Of a stretch of DNA of 58,550 nt, positions 32,890 to 43,253 are shown piece by piece. Location of the stretch: the IMG/VR virus record IMGVR_UViG_3300027875_000001. One strand, given 5' to 3'. Every line of letters starts with the position of its first letter. Within the stretch, counting starts at the first letter, position 1. Position numbers and translations under genes: made by a program. The notes beneath the pieces were generated by a model. It was not told the DNA's origin. It saw only the letters and a program-made list of their open reading frames with translations, and ran no database searches. Source of the DNA: a virus.

Positions 32890-35800
32890 ATGGATATCGG
32901 TTCACTCACTGGTCGGATCGAGCTCGAAGATAAGCTTACTGAAGGCCTCTCACTTGCTATGGGGCAGGTGAAGAAGTTTGCGGAGGAGTTTACTAGTGCG
33001 ATGGGGGTGACCTCGCTTGTGGCAGGTGCAGCGACGGCAGCGATTGGTTTGATCAGTGGGGCGATTGTCGGACTTGGCGAGAAAGGGTCCACTCTTATTG
33101 GTATACAGGAGGCATTCGATCGGTTGGCACAAAGTGCTGGGACAACAGGCGATGTACTCCGTGGAGCGCTCACTGAAGGGGTGAAGGGCACCGTTAGTGA
33201 GATGGATTTGATGCAATCGACGACACGATTGCTCTCGACTGGGATGAAATTGTCCGCGGAGCAAGCCACGTTGATGGGGGAGGCGGCACGTGCCCTAGGA
33301 AAAGCGACAGGGACTGATGCGGCAAGTGGGTTGGAAACACTCAGTGGGGCACTGACGACTGGCCGTGTACGTGGTCTCCAGCAACAGATTGGTTTGATTG
33401 ACTTAAAGAAGGGAGAGGAGGAGTTTGCAAAATCGATTCACACGACGGCGAGTGAATTGAATGAAGCGGGAAAGCTCGAAGGCAAGCGGATTGCGATTCT
33501 TGACGCGACACGCGCGTATGTGGAGCGTCTTGGTGTCTCGGAGGTGTCGTTTAAAGAGCGCATCTTACAAGGGCGTGTTGCTGTTGAGGAATGGATGAAG
33601 TCGATGGCGATGTCTGTCGCGTCATCGGCAGATGTGAATCAGGCGTTGAAGGATGTGTCTGACGCATTGTCCACGGCATTTGGCACGGCTAGTAAGACGT
33701 TTGGCGAGTTGATCTTGAGTGGGATCAATGCGTTTGCACGTGGGGTATCGGAGATTGTGCCGTATGTTGTCAAGCTAGCTGATGGTATTAAGGATCTGGT
33801 GAAGTTCTTCTGGTCATGGCGTGATGCGATCGAGGTGGTCGTTGCTGGCTTTATTGCCTATAAGGCCGAGTTGATTGCGATTGAACTGGCAACGTGGGCT
33901 GCGAATGTTGCGACTGTAGCGTACGAAGGGGTGATGACTCTTCTCGCTGGAGAGGCTGAAGGTCTAGGGATTGCGATGACTGGTGCGCTTGGGCCGATCA
34001 ATCTTATCGCCATTGCTATCGCAGGTATCTTCGCTGCGTATAAGATCGGGCAGTTACAGATGGTGAGTGATTACTTTGAGAATCTTGGCCTTGTCTTACA
34101 AGGCTGGTCTCAAAAAGAGATCGATGCTCAGATCGCTGGGGAACATGCTGCAGCGGCAGAACGTGAACGTACGAAGGGATTGACGGCTTTACAGCTCGCG
34201 CAGGAACGGGTTGGCAAAGTAGTTGGCGCTGTCGCTGGTGGCGAAGTGGATCTTACTGAGGAAGTGAAGCGCGGAACGAAAGGGTTTATTGATAATGGAA
34301 AGGCGATAGAAGAGCACGAGAAGAAGGTTAAGGAACTACTGAAGACGCTTAGTGGATCTGGAGAGGCGACATCTGTCATCATTGATGCGTTTAATCGTCT
34401 CACAACGCAACAAAAAGGAAACTACGACGTACAGGAATTGGTTATTAAGCAACTTGATATCTTGATTGAGCATCATAAACGATTAACATCTGAGCAGCTT
34501 AGAGTCTATACGGCAGGAGTGCAGATGCGTGCACAACTTGCCGACCAAGATGCGAGTATCCTTGGGCTTAAAGGCGTCTCGCTTGAGTATATCGAAGTAC
34601 TGAAGAGTCGCGGGTACACTGAGCAGAACGTCGCCGCCATCCTTGGTGTATCCGTAGCGGGACTAAAGCTCTATCAGGATAAGTTAAAGGAGACGAGCAC
34701 GCGGGTCGATGATTTCCGGCAAACAGGACAGGAAGGCGCTGCGGCGGTCGCGAAGAGTTTAGCTGGAATGCCTCTTGTCTTGGTTGGTCTTGCGCAGTCA
34801 ATGGGACCACCACTCGGAGAGGTTTTTGCTACGGTGCGGCTTGGTGCGCGAGACATTGCGACAACTGGTGCGTTGATTGGAACATCGTTCACAGAAGCGG
34901 AGAGGGTGATAGCAGATGCGACGACACAGTCTGCGAAAGACTTCATCCCGCTCAGTACAGAGCAGCTTGCGCTCGTTGAGCGGATGGACAAGATTGGTAT
35001 CTCATCAGAAGAGATGGCGCGTGTGCTTGGTGTGTCTCTGACTCAAGTTGAGGGGCATACCTTTGGGTATTTGAAAGCGATTACTGATAATTCAAATGCC
35101 ACGCTTCAGCGTATGGCGGATGAGTCGAAGAAGATCTATGAGTACATGGCGGCGCATCCAAAGGAGTTCTATGCAACGACCAGAGAGCAATTCCGCAAAA
35201 TTGCGCAAGCGGCACAGGATGCCGCAACTGGCAATACGCACGCGTGGACGACAAGTTTTACAGCCATCAGCGCGGCCATTCCGGGACTGATTCAGCAGGC
35301 GTTTACCGGTGGAGGTGGGGTACAGGGTGCGATGAAAGCAGCAGGTTCCTTGGTCGGGAATGAACTCAGTAAAGGACTGGTAAAACATTTAACTGAGGTA
35401 GCTCCGAAGTTGATGGGCAGTGCACTCGGACAGATGATCGCGTCAGCCATTCCGATTGTCGGAGCGATTGCCGGTCCATTGATGGAGAAACTCGCTGATA
35501 TCATCATGGGGAAACCCGCGTGGGCTAAAGCGATTGATGAAGTATCACGGGATTTTGGAACGAAGATCTCTGAGAACCTTGGGAAAGAAATTGCCAGTGC
35601 CGCGACAGACTTTGGTAAATCTTTTAAATTTGGTGGATTTAGCGTTGGAGGGAGTCGACAAGCAGCTGAGATTTCCCTTCTGGACAAGGTTATTAGTGAA
35701 GCCAAAGGGTTGAATCCAGAGAACATCAAACAGATGGCCGATCGGTTCCATGATGTGTTCTCGATGATTCAGACGGGTGCGATGACCGCATCACAAGGGA

Positions 35801-38223
35801 TGGCGGTGCTCGATAAGAACTTCCTGACGTTTACGGCGGCGGCGACGAGTCAGATGGGGGTCTTGAGTCAAAAGATCGTAGACATTATTAAACTTGATCA
35901 ACAGTTCGGCACACACTCAGTTGAGATCGCGAAGTACGTTTCTGGTCAGGTTACGGCGAATGTGTTTGGCGGGCTGACACGAGGGCTGACCGTTGGAACT
36001 GATGCGTTGAAATCGTACGACGAACTTAAGCAGAAGGAGATTGATCTGCGCGCGCAGATGGAGAAGACGAAGGATGTGCAGCAACTCGAAGGGTTGCGAA
36101 AAGACCTTGATGAGACCACTGGTAAATTGAGTAAGGCTGGTCTATTGATTGATGCGGTGAAGATTTCGTCGCAAGAGACGGCCTCAGCGATGGCGGGATC
36201 AATTATCGCGGGTATTGGTGAGCTACAACGTGGTGGGTTAGATTTTGTGTCAGCTCTACAGGCTGCAACGCCAGCTATCCAAGCTCTGCAAACGCAACTG
36301 GATCAAACCGGTCTTGATGGAGGTGAAGCGTTCTCGCAGTTGAAGGGATATGTCGATATAGCGAGTGATGCGATAGCTGGTCCAGCGTTAAAGAGTGTAG
36401 CTAGTTATGGCCAAGCGCTAACTGGACTACAGAACTCAGGGCTTTTGACGCAGAGTATGTTCGAAGGGTTAGCATCACAAATTGCTCATACCCATGATGA
36501 GTTGATTGCACAAGGGAAGGATAGCAATGCGATCAATCGGCTGATGGCACCGCAACTCCAGCAGATTTGGGAAATCCAACAACAGACTGGGGAGGTGTTG
36601 GATGATAATACGCAGAAATTAGTGGATGAAGCGATCGCGCAAGGGATCGTGGGCGAGAAGTTCAAAGGTCCACAACAACAGATGATTGATGCGTTGAGCA
36701 CGACCAACGACATTCTGACAGCGATCGCGAAGTCGTTGGGTGCTACGTTGCCTGAAGCAGCGCAACATGGCGCCAAGGGCGTGAAAGATGCGTTGGATGG
36801 GATTCCTGATACACACGATGTTCATGTACGATACACCTCTGATGAAGTCCCTGCACCGCCACACGCTCGGACGGAGGAACCGATAAGTGAGGCTGTTGGT
36901 GGAATTGTACCGGTCTACGCGCAGCGTGGGCGTGTCATTCCCTTTGTCCCACACGGTACAGATACGGTTCCGGCGATGCTGACACCTGGCGAGAGAGTGC
37001 TGAGCCTTGCACAGACTCGACAATATGATACACAGCAACAATCAGCGAGGCTAGTTCCTTCGCCTGGGAAGGCTTTTGTTGTATCAACTCCGGAACTGGA
37101 TACCTCTAAGATAGCTGTTCAAGTGAAAGGATTGGAAACAGTTTTACATAATGCTGTTAACCAGATTCACTTACCCACGATTGATCTTTCGCATGCTGTA
37201 ACTGGAACGACGACATTTGAGAAATTGTTTGTGACGGCTAGTAAGACTGCTACGGATAGCTTGGTGACGATGCACAACACGGCTGTAGGTGCTGCAACGG
37301 CCATGCAGAATACATCGGCGCACAGTGTGTCGGCCATTCAGGAGATGGCTCGCGCTGCTGTCACGACTCCGACTGGAGTGACGGATGCTTTTCATGCCGT
37401 TGATACCGCATCACTTATTAAGACGGTGAAGGCTGTGAAAGGTGAATTAGGGAGTATCCCTGATGCCTTTGATGTGGAGACGTTGCAAAGAAAGATTGCT
37501 CAGGCTGATAGTGTGATTGCTAGGACGGGAGAGTATATTAATGATGGATCTGATGAGTGGCGTACGTGGGTGCTGGAAGCTGAAAAAGCTGCTTCGAAGG
37601 CGCAGAAAGCAGTAGTTGGAACGAATGAGTATGTCAACGATGGATCTGATGAATGGAGAACATGGACGCAAGAGGCTGAAAAGGCGGCATCAAAAGCACA
37701 GAAGGCGCTGATTGGAACGAATGAGTATGTCAACGATGGAGCAAAGGAGTGGCAAATATGGAGGCATGAGGCGGATAATGCGGCTTTGGCGGTGGGACGT
37801 GTGACGAAGCAGGTCGAGCCGATCTCTGTTGCAGCTGGGCGCGCGACTCGGTTAATCGAGCCGACATCAAGTGAAGAACCGACGAGTTTTGCGGTTGGCG
37901 GAATTGTGCCAGCCTACGCCGCGCAAGGTCGAGTCATTAATTTTGTTCCACGTGGAACAGACACCGCGCCAGCGATGCTAACCCCAGGCGAGCGAGTGCT
38001 GAGCGTGCCGCAGAATCGGCAGTTTGAACAGCAACAAGAAGAACTTTCACAGCCACAGAAACAGACTGTGTTCTATATCACGAACAACATTGCGGCACTC
38101 GATGCGAAGAGTTTCAAGGAGATGCTGGATCGAGAGGGTATCCCGTATATCCTAGAGGAGGTGGCGGATAACCGACGTGGCTACCAAACGCGGTTGAATG
38201 CCCTGTTGAAGAGGCCTGCATAA
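32890..38223 (+). CDS. Tape measure protein (1777 aa)
   Basis: The largest ORF, directly after the G/GT pair. Long Ala/Gly/Leu-rich helical and hydrophobic stretches. Two copies of the C-terminal GGIVP...GTDT(V/A)PAMLTPGERVLS motif. Confidence 0.9.
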   Translation: MDIGSLTGRIELEDKLTEGLSLAMGQVKKFAEEFTSAMGVTSLVAGAATAAIGLISGAIVGLGEKGSTLIGIQEAFDRLAQSAGTTGDVLRGALTEGVKGTVSEMDLMQSTTRLLSTGMKLSAEQATLMGEAARALGKATGTDAASGLETLSGALTTGRVRGLQQQIGLIDLKKGEEEFAKSIHTTASELNEAGKLEGKRIAILDATRAYVERLGVSEVSFKERILQGRVAVEEWMKSMAMSVASSADVNQALKDVSDALSTAFGTASKTFGELILSGINAFARGVSEIVPYVVKLADGIKDLVKFFWSWRDAIEVVVAGFIAYKAELIAIELATWAANVATVAYEGVMTLLAGEAEGLGIAMTGALGPINLIAIAIAGIFAAYKIGQLQMVSDYFENLGLVLQGWSQKEIDAQIAGEHAAAAERERTKGLTALQLAQERVGKVVGAVAGGEVDLTEEVKRGTKGFIDNGKAIEEHEKKVKELLKTLSGSGEATSVIIDAFNRLTTQQKGNYDVQELVIKQLDILIEHHKRLTSEQLRVYTAGVQMRAQLADQDASILGLKGVSLEYIEVLKSRGYTEQNVAAILGVSVAGLKLYQDKLKETSTRVDDFRQTGQEGAAAVAKSLAGMPLVLVGLAQSMGPPLGEVFATVRLGARDIATTGALIGTSFTEAERVIADATTQSAKDFIPLSTEQLALVERMDKIGISSEEMARVLGVSLTQVEGHTFGYLKAITDNSNATLQRMADESKKIYEYMAAHPKEFYATTREQFRKIAQAAQDAATGNTHAWTTSFTAISAAIPGLIQQAFTGGGGVQGAMKAAGSLVGNELSKGLVKHLTEVAPKLMGSALGQMIASAIPIVGAIAGPLMEKLADIIMGKPAWAKAIDEVSRDFGTKISENLGKEIASAATDFGKSFKFGGFSVGGSRQAAEISLLDKVISEAKGLNPENIKQMADRFHDVFSMIQTGAMTASQGMAVLDKNFLTFTAAATSQMGVLSQKIVDIIKLDQQFGTHSVEIAKYVSGQVTANVFGGLTRGLTVGTDALKSYDELKQKEIDLRAQMEKTKDVQQLEGLRKDLDETTGKLSKAGLLIDAVKISSQETASAMAGSIIAGIGELQRGGLDFVSALQAATPAIQALQTQLDQTGLDGGEAFSQLKGYVDIASDAIAGPALKSVASYGQALTGLQNSGLLTQSMFEGLASQIAHTHDELIAQGKDSNAINRLMAPQLQQIWEIQQQTGEVLDDNTQKLVDEAIAQGIVGEKFKGPQQQMIDALSTTNDILTAIAKSLGATLPEAAQHGAKGVKDALDGIPDTHDVHVRYTSDEVPAPPHARTEEPISEAVGGIVPVYAQRGRVIPFVPHGTDTVPAMLTPGERVLSLAQTRQYDTQQQSARLVPSPGKAFVVSTPELDTSKIAVQVKGLETVLHNAVNQIHLPTIDLSHAVTGTTTFEKLFVTASKTATDSLVTMHNTAVGAATAMQNTSAHSVSAIQEMARAAVTTPTGVTDAFHAVDTASLIKTVKAVKGELGSIPDAFDVETLQRKIAQADSVIARTGEYINDGSDEWRTWVLEAEKAASKAQKAVVGTNEYVNDGSDEWRTWTQEAEKAASKAQKALIGTNEYVNDGAKEWQIWRHEADNAALAVGRVTKQVEPISVAAGRATRLIEPTSSEEPTSFAVGGIVPAYAAQGRVINFVPRGTDTAPAMLTPGERVLSVPQNRQFEQQQEELSQPQKQTVFYITNNIAALDAKSFKEMLDREGIPYILEEVADNRRGYQTRLNALLKRPA
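37531..37800 (+). repeat. In-frame 96-bp tandem repeat (2 full units plus 1 partial) inside the tape measure gene
   Basis: The units are EYINDGSDEWRTWVLEAEKAASKAQKAVVGTN, EYVNDGSDEWRTWTQEAEKAASKAQKALIGTN and the partial EYVNDGAKEWQIWRHEADNAALAVG. Confidence 0.85.
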
Positions 38224-38224
38224 C

Positions 38225-39046
38225 GTGGCCGATTCGCTGCTCTACACTCATCCAGAGGACAATATTGCTGGGCGTGTGGTGCCCACGCTGACGACTGGGA
38301 CCGTCGCGAGTGGTTATCAGATCGCGTACCTTTATGATAGTGATCCTTCGAATCCATTCAAAACGGTCGGGACGACGTTTCGATTAGTCTGGGATTTTGG
38401 TGTCGCGACACTTGTGAAAGGCGTCGCACTTATTCATCATAATTTTGTGGCTGGATTGTCCGGTGTGTTCTTTCAGATGCACACGGCGAATGTGTGGACA
38501 TCTCCCGCGTTTTCGCATGTGCTGGTGCCTCCGGCCTATCTGCTCGACCAGTTTCCTGTGAATGTCTTCGGTGACTTTCGCACGTTGCTTCCAACGTATC
38601 GCTATGCGAGTCTGGCTGTGACTGTCGCGAATGTGGTATCCTGCTCGATTGGCGAGTTTCTGATTCTGTCAGAATTGCGGTCGATCGATGGGTTCACGAT
38701 GTCGTCGAGTGATGATCAGGAAGATCATCCCATTGTAGAGCATAAAACCGATGTCGGTGTGTCCACGATCTTCCTCCACGGGACGCGCTTACGTTGGTTC
38801 CGAGGGAATGTATTGCAAGGGAAGACGACGGCAGACAACATCAGGAACTGGGGCCGAGCGACGTATGGAAGAGGGCTGCCGTTTCTGATTGTGCCGTTGA
38901 CGTACAGTGATGCGGAGCCGTGGTTGGTGCGGTGGGAAGATGGCAAGATCAATCGGCACTATCATGAATCGAAAGGGTATAGTACGTATAGCTTAGCGTT
39001 CGAGGAGATTTCACGTGGTCTCAAGCCAACACCGAGCGCGGTGTAG
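38225..39046 (+). CDS. Minor tail protein (distal tail candidate)
   Basis: 273 aa, GTG start 1 nt after the tape measure stop. The call is by position. Confidence 0.5.
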   Translation: MADSLLYTHPEDNIAGRVVPTLTTGTVASGYQIAYLYDSDPSNPFKTVGTTFRLVWDFGVATLVKGVALIHHNFVAGLSGVFFQMHTANVWTSPAFSHVLVPPAYLLDQFPVNVFGDFRTLLPTYRYASLAVTVANVVSCSIGEFLILSELRSIDGFTMSSSDDQEDHPIVEHKTDVGVSTIFLHGTRLRWFRGNVLQGKTTADNIRNWGRATYGRGLPFLIVPLTYSDAEPWLVRWEDGKINRHYHESKGYSTYSLAFEEISRGLKPTPSAV

Positions 39047-39049
39047 GAG

Positions 39050-39160
39050 ATGATGTCAACATATTCGTCCGGTGTGTTCGCCATGATCATTGGTCTCGGT
39101 GTGTTGTTGGTGTGCTTTGCGTGGCTCTCAGGGAGTAGTTGCGATGTTTCTCTTCGGTGA
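39050..39160 (+). CDS. Tiny hydrophobic ORF (36 aa), speculative
   Basis: My translation: MMSTYSSGVFAMIIGLGVLLVCFAWLSGSSCDVSLR. It fills the gap between two tail genes and overlaps the next start. Confidence 0.25.
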   Translation: MMSTYSSGVFAMIIGLGVLLVCFAWLSGSSCDVSLR

Positions 39161-40214
39161 TACCTTTGATAGTTATGTCACGGCGCAATTAAGCCGCCGC
39201 TATCAGCGGGTGGGTCAGCCGTCGCTTCCTGGCAATGGTGTTGAAATTAGCGCAGGGAATGGTCGCGGTGGCAGTCAATCATTACGCTGTACCAATGGTA
39301 ATGGGCTTGTTGGGCGTGGGATTACGTTGAGTACGGCCACGCACTTTGTTCACTTTGCGATTCGTCCTACAGTGCTTACAACACAAGGGTTGATCGCGTT
39401 CTGGAACAGTGTGTATCAGCGGCAGCATGTGGTGATTTCGCTGAATGATAACGGCTCGTTATCGGTGAGGAAGGAAACCACCAATACCGGTGCACTCACT
39501 ATTATCACAGCGACTGTGCTTGGTACGACACCAGCTGGGCTGGTGACACCGAATGCTTGGGTGCATGTTGGCTGCGCGGTGAAAGTACACGCTTCTACTG
39601 GTACCGCCACGCTGTATGTGAACGGCGCAGTGGTGCTGACACTGACTGGACTCAATACTTATAACGCGACGTGTGCGACGACAGAAGTGGATGAGATCGT
39701 TATTGGGTATTTTGGCGGCGACGTGTGCGACTTCGATGATTTCATCATTTCTGATGATGTCGCTGGCGATGGGCGAACAACGTTTCTGGGCGATCAGATC
39801 GGCGAAGTGGTCTCAGTGCTTGCTGATGGGAGTAGCACGCAATGGACGCGTAATACCGGGGCAACGAATGCGAGCTGTGTGGATGATACTGTTCCAGATG
39901 ACGATACCACGACGGTGGCAGCGGCGACAGTGGGGTTCACCGACCTCTATACACTGGTCGGCGCACCAGTGCGTGTGACTGATCCTGTAAGTTGTCTTCA
40001 GCTCGTGACTGTCGCGAAGAAGTCTGAAGGTGGGACAAGAGCACTAGCGCATGTCGTGCGGAGTGCTGGCACCAACTATCCGCAGGGTGATCAGTATCTG
40101 GGCAGCACGTATGTGACCCAGCAGACGCCAGTGACCAAGAATCCGGCCACGAGTGCGGATTGGTTAGTCGCTGCGGTCAGTGCGTTGGAGATTGGGCAAA
40201 AGGTCACGGTGTAA
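39144..40214 (+). CDS. Minor tail protein
   Basis: Start at ATG 39144 with GGGAG 8 nt upstream (MFLFGDTFDSY...). Beta-rich. The call is by position in the tail-tip module. Confidence 0.5.
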   Translation: MFLFGDTFDSYVTAQLSRRYQRVGQPSLPGNGVEISAGNGRGGSQSLRCTNGNGLVGRGITLSTATHFVHFAIRPTVLTTQGLIAFWNSVYQRQHVVISLNDNGSLSVRKETTNTGALTIITATVLGTTPAGLVTPNAWVHVGCAVKVHASTGTATLYVNGAVVLTLTGLNTYNATCATTEVDEIVIGYFGGDVCDFDDFIISDDVAGDGRTTFLGDQIGEVVSVLADGSSTQWTRNTGATNASCVDDTVPDDDTTTVAAATVGFTDLYTLVGAPVRVTDPVSCLQLVTVAKKSEGGTRALAHVVRSAGTNYPQGDQYLGSTYVTQQTPVTKNPATSADWLVAAVSALEIGQKVTV

Positions 40215-40217
40215 GTT

Positions 40218-40817
40218 ATGGCCACAGTTTGGTCAAAGACAGTTGGCTCCTCACTCCTCACACTGCAATCGGTCGCCTCAAATACGGTGGTGCTTGGCAG
40301 TGCGATTGATGTCTCGACGAAGTATGCGGCCTTTATTGGGATGCACTTTGGGCGGCGCACAGCATCAGTGCTGACGACTGGTGCGAAGATCCGAGTTGAA
40401 GGTTCGACCAAATCGTCTGGCGATGGATTTTGGTTTCCGCTGGTGGAGTTTCAGTCACTTATCGCGGCGGCGGAATCAGAAGCGGTGAGCGGCACAGTTG
40501 GTAGTGGTACGAATGTGATCACAGTAGCCTCGACGACCAATCTGACTGTTGGCGATATGATTTATATTGACAATAGCACTATTGCTAATTCGGAGTGGGG
40601 ACGGATCATCGCTGTCAGCACGAATGTGTCCGTCACGATCGAAGATAATCTGGTGAATGCTCAGACAGGTTCGACGTTGTACGACCAAGCTGAAATGTAT
40701 TCGGCGTCGTTGGATTTGAGTGCGATTGGACGTATTCGTCTCGTGGCGGACTTCTCTGGAACAGGGCAAGCGTGTGCGATTGAGGCCGTGATGAATACTG
40801 CGGATTCGCTTGGATGA
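40218..40817 (+). CDS. Hypothetical tail-module protein (199 aa)
   Basis: ORF track. Overlaps the next gene by 4 nt. Confidence 0.5.
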   Translation: MATVWSKTVGSSLLTLQSVASNTVVLGSAIDVSTKYAAFIGMHFGRRTASVLTTGAKIRVEGSTKSSGDGFWFPLVEFQSLIAAAESEAVSGTVGSGTNVITVASTTNLTVGDMIYIDNSTIANSEWGRIIAVSTNVSVTIEDNLVNAQTGSTLYDQAEMYSASLDLSAIGRIRLVADFSGTGQACAIEAVMNTADSLG

Positions 40818-41608
40818 CGACCAAGCCACTGGCAGGTGCGCGACCGAGGGAGGGCCATCCCTTCACTTTTGGTCTACGTCATGCATTTCTTTTCAACGAG
40901 CGTGCTGGACGCATGATCACAGACTGTGTGACAAGCATGCACGGCTTTTTCCGTACTGGTGAAGCGAATCTGCAGTGGTTTGGAACTGCGATAGCGACTG
41001 GCTGGTCGAACACGATTCATGGCTGTTCAGTACTGTTCAGTGGCGCGGAAGACATCGGCAACTTTGACAAAGCCGTGTTTGCTCGTACGGCAGGCGAAGG
41101 CTCGTTTTCCATTGTGATGGGGTGCGCAATCGGTAATACTGCTAGTTGGCAGACGTTATGGGGAGCTGGTGCGAATGACGGCTTGTACGTTAACCCGAGC
41201 GGTCAAATCATCTACTACCCATTTGGTGCAGGTCATACGCTCACAAGTGCGGAGTTCAATCTTCCGCACGTCGTCAGCGTGACATGGAAGAATGATGTCC
41301 TATCCTATATGTTCGACGGCGTAGACGACATCGGGGTCGTATCTGCTGTTAACGCTAAACTCGTGGCAACCAACACCATCGGTGGACACACCGCAGAGTT
41401 TTTATACGGACAGGTCTCTTTCCTTTATATTTACGACCGATTCATCGCGCCGTCGCTTATGGCGCAAATCCATCGTGATCCATTCGCGGCGTTTACCCCG
41501 CTGAGAGTTTACGTGCCAGGAGCAGCCGCAGCGAGTGGTACGGCGAAGCACCGACGTTCGCTTTCCGCGTTGGGCACACGGATGGGTGTGCGGCAGGTGC
41601 AGCCATGA
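40814..41608 (+). CDS. LamG/concanavalin-like domain tail protein candidate
   Basis: The layout ...SFSIVMGCAI...WQTLWGAG...VSVTWKNDVLSYMFDGV...GQVSFLYIYDRFI resembles Laminin_G_3-type jelly-roll proteins found in phage tails. Confidence 0.45.
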   Translation: MTTKPLAGARPREGHPFTFGLRHAFLFNERAGRMITDCVTSMHGFFRTGEANLQWFGTAIATGWSNTIHGCSVLFSGAEDIGNFDKAVFARTAGEGSFSIVMGCAIGNTASWQTLWGAGANDGLYVNPSGQIIYYPFGAGHTLTSAEFNLPHVVSVTWKNDVLSYMFDGVDDIGVVSAVNAKLVATNTIGGHTAEFLYGQVSFLYIYDRFIAPSLMAQIHRDPFAAFTPLRVYVPGAAAASGTAKHRRSLSALGTRMGVRQVQP

Positions 41609-42069
41609 CTTTCAAGGTGACCATTACCGACTCCATAACAGGCCAGCCCATTCAGGGTGCGCTTGTTGGTGCAAACGACGAAATTACGGGCCAGAGTTTC
41701 TTGCGCTCGACTGACGGCGAAGGCTATGCGGACGTTGCCATGCTGGGGGCGGTCCATATCGGGGATCGCGTCACGCTCTTTGTACTGAAAGATGGTTACC
41801 AACAGCATATCAAGGGCGACGCACTCATAGTGACTTCAGGCGATCAGACTCTCACAGTCGCGCTGGTCGCGCTACGCCCTTTTGAACCGGCCTTCCAGGC
41901 GGCTCCGCGTGTCTGGAAGGGAAACATGTGTGGGGTACGTATACTGGGATTGCCACCAGTACCAGGTGGAGCTACTAATCCGTCATTGGTGCTCTCTTGG
42001 CTCTATCCTCGTTATAACGATGTCGATCGTGCGAAGATCCGGGTCGCATGGAAAGGCGAAACGACGTGA
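41605..42069 (+). CDS. Tail-module protein: Ig/carboxypeptidase-regulatory-like N-terminus; the C-terminus looks like the start of a larger domain
   Basis: MTFKVTITDSITGQPIQGALVGAND...DGYADV resembles a CarboxypepD_reg-like beta sandwich. The ORF ends where the HNH gene begins. Confidence 0.45.
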   Translation: MTFKVTITDSITGQPIQGALVGANDEITGQSFLRSTDGEGYADVAMLGAVHIGDRVTLFVLKDGYQQHIKGDALIVTSGDQTLTVALVALRPFEPAFQAAPRVWKGNMCGVRILGLPPVPGGATNPSLVLSWLYPRYNDVDRAKIRVAWKGETT

Positions 42070-42530
42070 CTATTCAAGAGATCATCCGCGATCGTTCGCT
42101 CCCGGAGCCCAACACTGGCTGTTGGCTCTGGACGGCTGGTCTCGACAATCACGGCTATGGCCAACTCACGCATCGCCACGGTCACAACGGCAAAGCGTAT
42201 CGAGTGTCCTACGAAGCCTTCGTAGGATCGATTCCGAAAGGGCTCACTCTCGATCATCGGTGCCGCACGAGATGTTGTGTCAACCCGGATCATCTCGAAC
42301 CAGTGACGTTGGCTGAGAATAAGCGTCGAGGAATGAGTTTCGCTGCTATTCACGCGCGGAAGATCGTTTGCCCTCAAGGGCATTCTCTGTCGCCGGAGAG
42401 TGGCAATGTACGAATATACAGGACATCGCGCGTGTGTAAGACATGCCATCGCCTTCACGAAGCCGCGCGTCAGCAGCGAAGGCGTGCTGGCTTTCTGCCA
42501 TTGAAACCAGGATTTCAAAAAACGCGATGA
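42048..42530 (+). CDS. HNH homing-type endonuclease (HNH_3-like)
   Basis: GCWLWTAGLDNHGYGQL...AYRVSYEAFVGSIPKGLTLDHRCRTRCCVNPDHLEPVTLAENKRRG is the classic phage HNH_3 pattern. It overlaps both neighbours. Confidence 0.85.
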   Translation: MERRNDVTIQEIIRDRSLPEPNTGCWLWTAGLDNHGYGQLTHRHGHNGKAYRVSYEAFVGSIPKGLTLDHRCRTRCCVNPDHLEPVTLAENKRRGMSFAAIHARKIVCPQGHSLSPESGNVRIYRTSRVCKTCHRLHEAARQQRRRAGFLPLKPGFQKTR

Positions 42531-43213
42531 GATATCCGGATGTTCTCCTTAGTTGGCCAGACGATCGAGCCTTCGGTCGAACGCCGGCACAATTCTTAGC
42601 AACGTGCCACGAGCTGATTGCGGATGGTTTCTACCCGTGCCCGATGCTCTGTTCGAAGGACTTCGATCCGGCGGATGTGCCTGCGATCCTCGCTGCGCTT
42701 GAACCCGTCTTGCCACTCCTCATTGGCGTCGTGCCACGGGTATGTATCGGCTGGGAGCTGTCCCTCTGGCTCAGCCCGACGCAGGTCCAAGACTTGATCG
42801 ACCGACTCGCGCCGATGTTCGTCGCCTATGGCTGCAAGGTGTACGTTCACTTCCAGCAGGGGTATCTTTCCTTTCCGCAGCCTGACCACGACAATGCATC
42901 CTTTTGGTTGAAGCAGATGGGGAAGTTGACGGGCGTGCTCCATCAGCGATCGCTCGACTGGGATCCACCGATGTATCAAGCGCGCCTCGTGGATTGCCTG
43001 CAACGTTTTGCGGGGCAATTCAATATGCCGTCGGATAGCGGATTCGGTCATCCGTTTGATCTCGTAGCGTTAGAAATCACGGCACAGACACAATTCAATG
43101 GCTCCATGACCGAGGCGGATGGTGACGCGTGGGGCCGGGTCGCTCTTGATACGCCCGGTGTGACTGGTCCATTCGGTCTCGTGCGAGTCATGGGATCAGG
43201 GAATGGGGCATAA
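42527..43213 (+). CDS. Hypothetical protein; possible C-terminal part of a TIM-barrel-like hydrolase split by the HNH gene
   Basis: The ATG at 42527 overlaps the HNH stop (ATGA), inside track ORF 42443..43213. Contains the beta-strand/Glu motifs CIGWELSLW and DLVALEITAQ. Confidence 0.45.
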   Translation: MRYPDVLLSWPDDRAFGRTPAQFLATCHELIADGFYPCPMLCSKDFDPADVPAILAALEPVLPLLIGVVPRVCIGWELSLWLSPTQVQDLIDRLAPMFVAYGCKVYVHFQQGYLSFPQPDHDNASFWLKQMGKLTGVLHQRSLDWDPPMYQARLVDCLQRFAGQFNMPSDSGFGHPFDLVALEITAQTQFNGSMTEADGDAWGRVALDTPGVTGPFGLVRVMGSGNGA

Positions 43214-43253
43214 ACCTAGGCACCATGCGTAGTCTGATGCATGTGTAGCCGTT

